From Sedimentisphaerales bacterium (GTDB lineage: Bacteria; Planctomycetota; Phycisphaerae; Sedimentisphaerales; SM23-30), in the NCBI GenBank assembly GCA_963663965.2, contig CAXXFK010000019.1, positions 64,001 through 128,000 on the forward strand: DNA of 64,000 bases, written 5' to 3'. The translations under genes and the position numbers were made by a program. The first letter of the stretch is position 1. Each line of letters starts with the position of its first letter. The notes under the pieces are model-generated. The model saw nothing but the letters and a program-made list of their open reading frames with translations. It was not told the origin of the DNA and made no database searches. Positions 50,021-58,545 of this stretch are shown one piece after another.

Positions 50021-50803
50021 CTAACCCGATTGAGTGTTCCTATCGGTTAGCAGGTAGGGGGCGATATAATTGTGGTTAATACCAAAGAGGTGGATGGCGA
50101 AATGGCCGCCCCATCGTCTGTTTTTCAGGTCATCAAACGACCATGGGCTCTGTATGATCCGGGAGCGATCCTGGGGATTGGGGCAGGCTTTGTCGAGATT
50201 GAAGCCGATCATACCAGCGGAAGGGCCAAATTGGCGATCGATAGTACCAAAGACGCGGGTGCCTAATCCGACCATAAACCAATCCCAGCGGGAGTGGACA
50301 TTAATCAGGTTGCCATGGGTATGATGGAGGGCATCGGTCAGGTCATAATCCGGGCTGATTGCGGCATGGATCAGGATAATATGTCGCAAGGTGATATCAT
50401 CGGGCAGTTCTTCGGCGGCAAGTATGGCGATGCCGCCCCCACCGGAATATCCGACCAGATCGATCGGTCGATCCGGGTAGGTTTGGGCATATTGGGTGAT
50501 ATGATCCGCCAGCTTGTGGGCGGACCTGGCGTTGGCTTCTGAATCCATGAGATTGGTGAAGGGCCACATGGAATGGTGCCAGCGATATTGTTCAATCGCC
50601 TGGCTGACGTTTGCCAGGCGGAAACCCCGTTGGGCTTCGCTCATATTGAGCCAGCCCCCTTCGATACCAGCCAGCATGATAATCAGGCCTTCGTCCAGTT
50701 GTTCGGCATTTGGCCTGGGGCGCTGGCAGCCAGCCAGAGTAAACATGGTCAGCAGGCTGAATAACGCGGTTTGCCGAAAGGTGTATTTAATTTTGTTGAA
50801 CAT
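50021..50803 (-). CDS. Alpha/beta-hydrolase-fold lipoprotein
   Basis: Lipobox LAGC, GYSGGG nucleophile elbow, AAISP.YDL, FGT.DR, GH. Confidence 0.75.
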   Translation of the reverse strand: MFNKIKYTFRQTALFSLLTMFTLAGCQRPRPNAEQLDEGLIIMLAGIEGGWLNMSEAQRGFRLANVSQAIEQYRWHHSMWPFTNLMDSEANARSAHKLADHITQYAQTYPDRPIDLVGYSGGGGIAILAAEELPDDITLRHIILIHAAISPDYDLTDALHHTHGNLINVHSRWDWFMVGLGTRVFGTIDRQFGPSAGMIGFNLDKACPNPQDRSRIIQSPWSFDDLKNRRWGGHFAIHLFGINHNYIAPYLLTDRNTQSG

Positions 50804-50975
50804 AAGATGATTCCTGGCAGCGGGTTATCGCAAGATTATCGTTTATCGTTGTTAATTGTATCTATATATACAATATGCAGGCAAATTTAAATTAGTCAAG
50901 ACGATTTCATCGAATGAGGTAAAAAAAACCACAATAATTATAAAAAAAAAGTGAAAAATACCGTATTTACCACGA

Positions 50976-51004
50976 TTGTTTTTGCGTTTTAGAAAGGTTA
51001 TAAT
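50976..51004 (+). promoter_or_regulatory. Sigma-70 promoter for the ncRNA candidate
   Basis: TTGTTT-17 nt-TATAAT. Confidence 0.55.
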
Positions 51005-51010
51005 AAGGAA

Positions 51011-51316
51011 AATCGATGAAGGAATTGAGGGAATGTCCCTGGATTGCCGTGGAAATAACTATTTTGTCAGGTAATTGCTACATGCGCAATAACAATTAAT
51101 GTGAATGAAATGCACATAATCATGTGAATGCCGGGCCATCGGAGTGAGATTTAAATCGCCGAACGTAAAAAATAATGAAAACAAGCCCGGGTAAGAGTTC
51201 CCCCTGACAAATCCAACTAAACCCATTTTGCTGAGTCACGGCGATTCTACGGTATTTCTCTTCAATTCCATTTTACTGAGCGGTTGCAGAGTCTGAACTC
51301 TGTAACCGTTATTTTT
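51011..51316 (+). ncRNA. Rod-shaped structured RNA candidate (6S-like or unknown)
   Basis: Nested pairings 51021-28/51262-69, 51041-51/51237-47, 51063-71/51203-11 and 51131-36/51185-90, bounded by a promoter and a terminator. Confidence 0.6.
51279..51316 (+). terminator. Intrinsic terminator
   Basis: AGCGGTTGCAGAG-loop-CTCTGTAACCGTT followed by ATTTTT. No long CDS upstream on this strand. Confidence 0.75.
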
Positions 51317-51490
51317 GGGGATGAGGGAGTGGCGGGCGCTGAAAACAAGACATTTTGAACCTGACAAACCGGTCAAGCGTTATTATGATATGATGTGATG
51401 AGGAAAAGCAGGATATTTTTTTTTGTGAAGACCGGGCAAAGAGGGCTGCCCTGATAGTCAATCATGCCATAAAAAGTCAGAGGATCAGAT

Positions 51491-52870
51491 ATGCTGAGCA
51501 ACCGAACGTTTTATATTTTATTTCTCATGCTGGCCGCCGTGATGACGGTTTTGAATTTAACGATCGCCCAGCGGGATCCGGCGCTGTTCGATCCGCTGGT
51601 CGATATCAATTATCTGGTTCGAAACAAATATGTGGCTGATGTTGATGATAAAGAGCTGGTGCGGGGCGCGATTGAGGGTATGCTGGGTAAACTGGATCCG
51701 TTCAGCGAATATATTCCGGTGGAAGATCTGGATGAATTTAATCGCCGGACCAGTGGGGTTTATGAAGGAATCGGGATCGGGATCGATGTGAAGGATGGTT
51801 ATATCACGGTGATCAGTCCGTTTGACGGTTCACCGGCCCAGAAAGCGGGGTTACGGGCCGGCGATATTATTATTGAAGTGGAAGGCAAAAGCACCAAGGG
51901 CTGGACGGCGAGCAAGGCTCAGACGATCTTGACCGGTCATGCCGGATCGGCGGTGACGGTGAAGATCGCGCGTCACGATGGCACCATTGAAACGGTGAAG
52001 ATAGTCCGGGATAAGATCCGGGTACCGAGTATTCGTGGGTGGCGAATCGACCCAGAGAGCAGCAGGCCGGTGTATCTGCTGGATAAGGAAGCGGGAATCG
52101 GGTATATCCGGATTACGCAGTTTATCGAAGAGACCGTCACGGATTTTGATACGGCGTTTGAAACTCTGCGTAAAGAAGATTTGAAAGCGTTGATCATCGA
52201 TCTGCGGGATAATCCCGGCGGTCTGATGTCGGCGGCGGTGCAATTGGTGGACCGGTTTATCGACTCGGGGGTGATTTTGTCGACCAAGGGCGCGCATAGC
52301 CGGGAGCAGGTTCAGGAGGCCAAGGCACCGGGAACCTACCCGCGATATCCGCTGGTAATCCTGGTGAACCAGGGCAGCGCCAGCGCATCGGAGATTGTCA
52401 GCGGCTCGTTGCAGGATCATGGCCGGGCCATTCTGGTAGGGGAACGGACCTGGGGCAAAGGCTCGGTCCAGGAAATAATCCGGCTGCCTGATTCGGAGGC
52501 GCTGGTGAAGTTGACGACGAATTATTATTACCTGCCCAAGGGCCGGTGTGTGCATCGACTGAATAACGAAAATGAAGATGAATGGGGTGTGAAGCCGGAT
52601 ATCGAAGAGCCGTTCAATTACGAAAAGGCGCCGGAGTTGCGAGAACTGTTGACGAAACTGAATAACGGCGTGAATGAAGCGGACAGCGAAAAGCCGGCCA
52701 ATGACGCCCCGGAACCGGCCGCCGCTCCAGAGAAAGAGGTTGGTGATCTGGCGAAAGAGTTGCTGGCCCTTGATAATCAACTCGATCAGGCCGTGAAACA
52801 GTGCCTGGGTTTGTTGCATTCACAGGGTGACCTGGCGCCGCTGGGCGAGGTGTTGCAGGAGGTGAATTAG
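51491..52870 (+). CDS. ctpA: S41 carboxy-terminal processing protease with PDZ domain
   Basis: LDP.S.Y, GIG, SPA.KAG..AGD, IGYIRI..F, DLRDNPGG, SASASEI..G.LQD, T.GKGSVQ. Confidence 0.93.
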   Translation: MLSNRTFYILFLMLAAVMTVLNLTIAQRDPALFDPLVDINYLVRNKYVADVDDKELVRGAIEGMLGKLDPFSEYIPVEDLDEFNRRTSGVYEGIGIGIDVKDGYITVISPFDGSPAQKAGLRAGDIIIEVEGKSTKGWTASKAQTILTGHAGSAVTVKIARHDGTIETVKIVRDKIRVPSIRGWRIDPESSRPVYLLDKEAGIGYIRITQFIEETVTDFDTAFETLRKEDLKALIIDLRDNPGGLMSAAVQLVDRFIDSGVILSTKGAHSREQVQEAKAPGTYPRYPLVILVNQGSASASEIVSGSLQDHGRAILVGERTWGKGSVQEIIRLPDSEALVKLTTNYYYLPKGRCVHRLNNENEDEWGVKPDIEEPFNYEKAPELRELLTKLNNGVNEADSEKPANDAPEPAAAPEKEVGDLAKELLALDNQLDQAVKQCLGLLHSQGDLAPLGEVLQEVN

Positions 52871-52957
52871 AATCATTAATGCAGATAAGATTCTGGTGTC
52901 CATTCAGGACATTTGATGGCATCAAACAAGGAATTATGAAATAATGGGAATTGAGTT

Positions 52958-54529
52958 ATGAAAAAACGAGTGACCTTATCGGGCAAGCGGTTTTTGATGA
53001 TCTGGGTGGTGGCGGCGGTTGTCTGTTTGCTGATGAACGTTTATGCTCAGACGATGGAGACGGCGCCGGCGGTTGAAAAGGAACCCAGGGCCGCTTTTAT
53101 CACCTGTAATGAGATGGTGGATGAGGGATTGTTTGAGTCAATCAAGCGGCGGACCGAACAGGCGATCGCCGAGGGTTGCGATTATCTGGTTTACGAAATC
53201 GACACCTTTGGGGGGCGAGTTGACAGCGCGTATAATATCTGGAGTTATATTTTACAGGATATCAATAAACGGGAGGGATTGCATACGATTGCCTATGTGC
53301 GGACCAAGGCGATTTCGGCGGGGGCGCTGATCAGTGTGTCGTGTCAGAATATCGTGATGAAAGAGAACACCCAGATTGGGGATTGCGCGCCGATTTCGAT
53401 GGGGGGCGAGTTGGAAGGCGTGGAACGGGAGAAGGTGGAGAGTCCGTTACGGAGTTTTTTCGCGACGGCGGCCCAGGCCAATGGGTATCCGGAAGGGCTA
53501 TTGAAGGCGATGGTGACGATCGGGATCGAGGTCTGGCGTGTGAAGAATCTGGAGACGGGGGACTATGAATATTTTGAAAGCGATATGCTGCCGGATGACG
53601 GGACGAAATATGATCTGGAAGGCAAGAAGAGGATCGATTCTGATGAGCATCTATTGACTTTAAGCGCGGCGCAGGCGCTGGAATACGGGATCTCCCAGGC
53701 GACCGTTCAGGGCAGCGATGATGGGGCCCGTGAGGGTGTACTGGCATTTCTGGAAGCGAGGGATGGGGTGGCAATCGTGCGGCCACTGAGTTATTACCAG
53801 CCCAACTGGTCAGAGCAGATGGTGCGCTGGGTGACCAGTCCGGCGGTCAGCGGGATTTTAATGCTGATCGGTATGCTGGGGATTTATATCGAAATCAAGA
53901 CACCCGGTATCGGGCTGCCGGCGGCGATTGCCGTGATCGCGTTTGGGATCTTATTCGGGAGCAAATTCCTGATCGGGATGGCCAACTGGTGGGAGATCGG
54001 GGTGTTTATCCTGGGTGTGCTATTATTGCTGGTTGAGATTTTCGCGATACCGGGCTTTGGGGTGGCCGGTATTCTGGGAATCGTACTTATTTTCTTTGGT
54101 TTGATCGCGATGATGGTGAATAATCCACCGGACCGGTTGCCGATTCCAGTGTCGCCAATGGACTGGGAGCAGTTGCAATCCTATATGATATCGATGTTCC
54201 TGGGATTGCTGGGATTTATTATCGTGGCGTTTTTCCTGGCGCGTTATCTGCCGGGGTTACCGGTGGCGCGGCGGTTGATCCTGGCGAGCGAGGATTCACC
54301 GATCGAGGTGCGATCGGGAGGTTTTGCCCGGCCATCGGAATCGGTGGGCGTGACCGTGGGTCAGGTTGGCATCACCACCTCCACATTGCGGCCGTGTGGT
54401 ATCGCCGAGTTTGACGATACGCGTCTGGATGTCATTTCACAAGGTGAACTGATTGAACCGGGGCGCAAGGTGCAGGTGGTGGCGATTGAAGGGAATGAGG
54501 TTATTGTGCGGTCAGTCAATGAGGTGTAA
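52958..54529 (+). CDS. nfeD: Long NfeD-family membrane-bound serine protease
   Basis: IDT.GG.V, AISAGALI..C, IG..AP, REK, E...PG.G repeats, LRP.G...D.RLDV.S.G..I. Confidence 0.85.
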   Translation: MKKRVTLSGKRFLMIWVVAAVVCLLMNVYAQTMETAPAVEKEPRAAFITCNEMVDEGLFESIKRRTEQAIAEGCDYLVYEIDTFGGRVDSAYNIWSYILQDINKREGLHTIAYVRTKAISAGALISVSCQNIVMKENTQIGDCAPISMGGELEGVEREKVESPLRSFFATAAQANGYPEGLLKAMVTIGIEVWRVKNLETGDYEYFESDMLPDDGTKYDLEGKKRIDSDEHLLTLSAAQALEYGISQATVQGSDDGAREGVLAFLEARDGVAIVRPLSYYQPNWSEQMVRWVTSPAVSGILMLIGMLGIYIEIKTPGIGLPAAIAVIAFGILFGSKFLIGMANWWEIGVFILGVLLLLVEIFAIPGFGVAGILGIVLIFFGLIAMMVNNPPDRLPIPVSPMDWEQLQSYMISMFLGLLGFIIVAFFLARYLPGLPVARRLILASEDSPIEVRSGGFARPSESVGVTVGQVGITTSTLRPCGIAEFDDTRLDVISQGELIEPGRKVQVVAIEGNEVIVRSVNEV

Positions 54530-56014
54530 GAGTGGCGTTTTTAGGCCCGGGCGGGTTTGGGAATCGCGCGGGGGGCGGGGGAGTACCCGCGAATAGTAAA
54601 TGAGCTGGGTGAGGCAGAAGAGGATCAGGCCCAGGGTCCAGGGCAGGGTTGGGATGGCGGCGCCTTGCAGGATCAATTGCTGATTGAACAGGAAACCAGC
54701 GGCAGCGCCGGTAATACCGGCCAGTAGTGACAGCCAGATGGGAGCCAGATCGATCAGCAAGCGGGATAAACGCCATTGAAGGGTGTGGGCGGTGAAGATC
54801 CAGATGGTAATCATACCCATGGCGGTACCTGCGACCATGGCCAGGCAACAGCCTTTGATGCCAAAGTGGCGATAGACTGGAATAATCAACAGGGCGGTTA
54901 CCGCCAGTCGCAGGATGGCCATCCAGAGGCAGCCGCGCAGCCGTTTGAGGGCGTAGAGTTGGGTGGTCATCAGGGTGGAGGTGACGATAAAGAGGCCGGC
55001 CGGGGTCAAGACGCGCAGGGTGGGCGCGATCAAGGTGTATTTATCGGGTAAAAGCCGGACCAGCCAGGGCGCGAACAACACTAACAGAGTAAAAGCGACG
55101 ATTGCCAGAGGGAGGACGGTGAGGATGGATTTGCGGGTTAGATTACGAAGTTGATCGAGATCGTTTTGCAGATGGGCATAGGTAGGGAAGCCGACCTGTA
55201 CGGTTACCTGTTTGAAGAGGAGCACCAGGGCCATGAGTAATGTCATAGCCAGGCAATAGAGACCCAGGTCTGAAGTGGGCGCGATTTTACCGAGTATGAG
55301 GATGTCGATGCGGAAGGTAAGCATCATGATTAGTTCGGTCAGGTAGATCTGGATCCCGAAGCCCAGCAAGACGTGTGCGGCGGTTTTGTCGAGATGGAAA
55401 CGAGGGCGCCAGGGAGAAACCAGATAACTGGTCAGGCAGGTGATGGCCGCGATGGCTGCCTCACCGAGTATCAGCACGCTGGGTGATTGCCAGAACCAGG
55501 CCAGGCTGATGGTGAGGGCGATGCCGCCGATTTGCGCGATGATTTCGATCAGTTTGATCACTTTGAACTGGAGTTGTTTTCGCAGGATCATCAGGCCGGC
55601 GCTGGTCAACCCTTCGCAGAGCAGTGTCAGGCTACACAGCCGGATCAGCATGGTCAGATTGGTATTGGCATAGGCTGTGGCAACGATGGGCGCCAGAATA
55701 AAAAGCATGAGGGCCAGGAGCAGATTGCGTAAAAGGCATATCGTCCAGAAGGTGTGCAGAAACGGTTTGTCAAGAGCGTTGGGGTGCTGAATAAAGGACT
55801 GGTTGAGACCGGTGTCGGATAGTTCTTTGGTGATGGCCAGAACGGTCCAGGCGATGGCCGCCAAGCCGAAATAGTCCGGGATGAGCAGCCAGGTGAGCAC
55901 CCACATACGGCCGAGCCGTAAAATCTGGATGGCCAGCGAACCGGCGGTCATCCAGCCGCCTGCGCGCAGATAGCGACCAAAATGATCATCAGGTAAACGG
56001 GCACACTTGAGCAT
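54512..56014 (-). CDS. Wzx/PST oligosaccharide flippase
   Basis: Polytopic, L..L.P..FGL, DTG....IQ, LAP.VA..Y, D.LI.GK......LG.Y. Confidence 0.82.
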   Translation of the reverse strand: MLKCARLPDDHFGRYLRAGGWMTAGSLAIQILRLGRMWVLTWLLIPDYFGLAAIAWTVLAITKELSDTGLNQSFIQHPNALDKPFLHTFWTICLLRNLLLALMLFILAPIVATAYANTNLTMLIRLCSLTLLCEGLTSAGLMILRKQLQFKVIKLIEIIAQIGGIALTISLAWFWQSPSVLILGEAAIAAITCLTSYLVSPWRPRFHLDKTAAHVLLGFGIQIYLTELIMMLTFRIDILILGKIAPTSDLGLYCLAMTLLMALVLLFKQVTVQVGFPTYAHLQNDLDQLRNLTRKSILTVLPLAIVAFTLLVLFAPWLVRLLPDKYTLIAPTLRVLTPAGLFIVTSTLMTTQLYALKRLRGCLWMAILRLAVTALLIIPVYRHFGIKGCCLAMVAGTAMGMITIWIFTAHTLQWRLSRLLIDLAPIWLSLLAGITGAAAGFLFNQQLILQGAAIPTLPWTLGLILFCLTQLIYYSRVLPRPPRDSQTRPGLKTPLLHLID

Positions 56015-56251
56015 ATGGTTACTATCGGTTTAACCTGATCGGGAAATTATTGATTTATGAATGGAAAACGACCGATGGAGAATTTATACCCATCGGGTAT
56101 AGAAATTCTGATTACTCGTAATCCAAGTACTTGATTTTAAATGAGTTATTTTACGGCCAGGGAGCGTTTTTTTATGTTTAATGGTTTGATCCATTCATAT
56201 TTGGATAACAGAATGGTTGGTCTAATGACAGGAGTGAATGTTTGTTAGGTG

Positions 56252-57577
56252 TTATCGGGATTTGGTTTGCCAGACTTCCTGTAAGACTTCGTACATATCG
56301 GGATCGAACTGGCGGAGTTCGGCGCGGACGAAGGGGTAGAAGTCGTTGGTGCCGAAGAAGGCTTCGGTGGATTCGGCGAAATATTCCATGTCGTTGTTCA
56401 TGGCGTAGGCCTTTTTGGACTGGCCGGCGATATGCAGGACGTTGTCGTATTTGCCGTTGTCGCGCGCTTTGAGAAAGGCGGCGCGGATTCTGGGGTGGTT
56501 GTTACCGAGGAACTGATGATGGTAGGCGTGGGCCATTTCGTGCAGGATCATGGCGGGTTGCTGACGGGACCAGTTGAGAAAATTGCGGGCGTTGCCGATT
56601 TCGATGGAATCCTCTTTTTCGGGATTGTAGTTGTGTTCGATAAGCCACTGGCGGCTGGGATGATGGCAGGCGCCGGGGCATTCGGGATTGTTGTACTCGA
56701 TCCAGATTTTAACCGTTTTTAATTGGGTAACGATCTGTGCCGGTATGGCCTGGGTGATGTGAAAGAGCTGGGAATGCGCCAGGGTTATCACATCCTGAGC
56801 CAGTTCGGGATGGTCATGCAGTAGTTCGTTATTGATCAGGATCGGGAAACCTTCGAGGGTCATGGGGGTGTAGTCGCTGGTTGGTGTGTAAGGGGGTTGC
56901 AGGGCTTTGGTGATCTGTTCGGCGACCTGTTGGGCAAGGAAACGGTAGCCTTCCCTGGTAAAATGGACATCGCCGTTGGGGAGCTGGTATTCGGCGAGTT
57001 GGGGGAAAGCCCGGGCGTAAAGATCGTTAATGGGAATATCGTTTTCACGCATGACCCGGGCGGCGACTTGATTGTATTTGACGGCATCACCTTTGAATCG
57101 GCCGGCTTCATTGTCTGGAACGGGAGTGGTCGTGGCCCAGATGAGGCTGGCCTGGGTGGCTTTGAGGATTTTGACCAGCTGGCGCAGGTTCTGCTCGTAT
57201 TGTTCGGGGGTGTGAGTTAATGTGCCGTTGATCTTGTCACGCTGGCCGGGATTTTTGGAGTCGGGATGGCGGTAGCACAGGTCCCAGAGGCCCCAGTTGA
57301 AATGGATGACATCCCAGTGGGTATCGCTGAGCCATTTTTCGAGATTATCAAGTCCCATGCCGGTATGGCCGGCGTTGCCGGGATTGTGCTGGACGACGGC
57401 TTTGTCTTGCAGGATTTCTTTTACGAATGGGGTATAGCCGATGGAGATGGAATCGCCGATGATGAGGACGTTGGGCAGGTTTTCAGTTAACGGTTGTTGG
57501 GCAAACAATATAGATTTCAACAGGAAAACCAATATAACAACCAGTGTCAGGAACGAAGACTTGTTACATAAGTGCAT
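56252..57577 (-). CDS. Secreted fusion: SGNH hydrolase + zincin metallopeptidase
   Basis: IIGDSISIGY, DVIHFNWGLWD, DVHF, then HPS..WL, LHEMAHAYH, YA..N..EYFAE.TEAFF..NDF.PF. Confidence 0.85.
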   Translation of the reverse strand: MHLCNKSSFLTLVVILVFLLKSILFAQQPLTENLPNVLIIGDSISIGYTPFVKEILQDKAVVQHNPGNAGHTGMGLDNLEKWLSDTHWDVIHFNWGLWDLCYRHPDSKNPGQRDKINGTLTHTPEQYEQNLRQLVKILKATQASLIWATTTPVPDNEAGRFKGDAVKYNQVAARVMRENDIPINDLYARAFPQLAEYQLPNGDVHFTREGYRFLAQQVAEQITKALQPPYTPTSDYTPMTLEGFPILINNELLHDHPELAQDVITLAHSQLFHITQAIPAQIVTQLKTVKIWIEYNNPECPGACHHPSRQWLIEHNYNPEKEDSIEIGNARNFLNWSRQQPAMILHEMAHAYHHQFLGNNHPRIRAAFLKARDNGKYDNVLHIAGQSKKAYAMNNDMEYFAESTEAFFGTNDFYPFVRAELRQFDPDMYEVLQEVWQTKSR

Positions 57578-57604
57578 AGATTATAGTTCTTTATAATAAA
57601 GGCG

Positions 57605-57904
57605 TTAAAATTGACTGATTCTGATATCGCCGCCCGGCATATGCGCGATCAATTCAAGCCGGCCACCCAGAGCCTGGATTAAGCGCCTCAAAGTACTGAC
57701 TTGGATATCATCCTGTGATTCCAGTTTTGACAGGCTGGGTTGCCTGATTCCGATGGCTTCGGCGATGTCCTGCTGAGTAAATCCAGCCTGTTGGCGTATT
57801 TCCGCCAGGAGCATTTCGGCCATTGCCTCTTTTGCTTTGGCAGTGGCGTTTGCCAGGCGTTCGGGTTTCATCTGTTTTTCGAGTAATTCAAAATTTTTAG
57901 CCAT
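57605..57904 (-). CDS. HigA-like XRE antitoxin
   Basis: LAEIR...G.TQ..IA...GI.QPS.SKLE...D..VSTL....ALGG.LE. Directly follows the toxin. Confidence 0.85.
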   Translation of the reverse strand: MAKNFELLEKQMKPERLANATAKAKEAMAEMLLAEIRQQAGFTQQDIAEAIGIRQPSLSKLESQDDIQVSTLRRLIQALGGRLELIAHMPGGDIRISQF

Positions 57905-58260
57905 TATACCAATCCTTCATTTTCTAATTCTTTTAAATGGTTATCGTATAACTGGTCTGCAAGAGGTATCATTTTTTCGTAAAATCGGTTGTCTCCGGTT
58001 TTGTCACCTCCTATCAGCAAGATCGCACAACGTCTTGGATCAAATGCATATAAAGTTCTTAATGGCAGGCCACTACTTTGCGTTCGTAATTCTCTCATAT
58101 TTTTATGTTTAGATCCTTTCAGAGTGTCAGCATGGGGCCGGGGTAATGAGGGCCCCAGATTTCGTAATAATTGAACACTCATCGCGATGTCTTCCTGCTG
58201 ATCTTCTGATAAAGTATGCCACCACACTCCAAATTCATCGGTATATTCCACTGTCCACAT
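57904..58260 (-). CDS. HigB/RelE (Gp49-like) toxin
   Basis: W.VEYTDEF..W, GP.L.RP.ADTL.GS.H.NMRELR, AFDP.R.AILL.GGDK.G..RFY..IP.AD. Confidence 0.88.
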   Translation of the reverse strand: MWTVEYTDEFGVWWHTLSEDQQEDIAMSVQLLRNLGPSLPRPHADTLKGSKHKNMRELRTQSSGLPLRTLYAFDPRRCAILLIGGDKTGDNRFYEKMIPLADQLYDNHLKELENEGLV

Positions 58261-58295
58261 GATGAAATTATAGCTTATAGTCTATATTTGTGCAA
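58261..58295 (-). promoter_or_regulatory. Leaderless TA promoter with overlapping operator palindrome
   Basis: Minus strand TTGCAC-17-TATAAT-6 nt-ATG. TATAG-N8-CTATA at 58269-58286. Confidence 0.7.
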
Positions 58296-58545
58296 GGTAA
58301 ATCCTTAAACATACAATCAGGTCTCAACTTGTAAGTTTTTAAAAATTTGCTTTAAAGGTAAAATCAGTAATATGTTATATTTTAATGGTTTATGGTATCT
58401 TACGGCCGATGATAAGTACAGGCAGAATGATCGTATAGCCCATACTGAAAGAGTTGCATTAGGGAGTCTTTGGATTCGTTAGTATAATAATAATGCCCCA
58501 GTGTTATTCTGGTTATCCGAAGCTAAGTTTTGGAGAGGACCGGCA

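Noticed and set aside
51016..51099. 27-aa ORF MKELRECPW... as the explanation for the 51279 terminator
   Set aside because: Its putative RBS abuts the -10 box, and it does not account for the nested long-range pairing.
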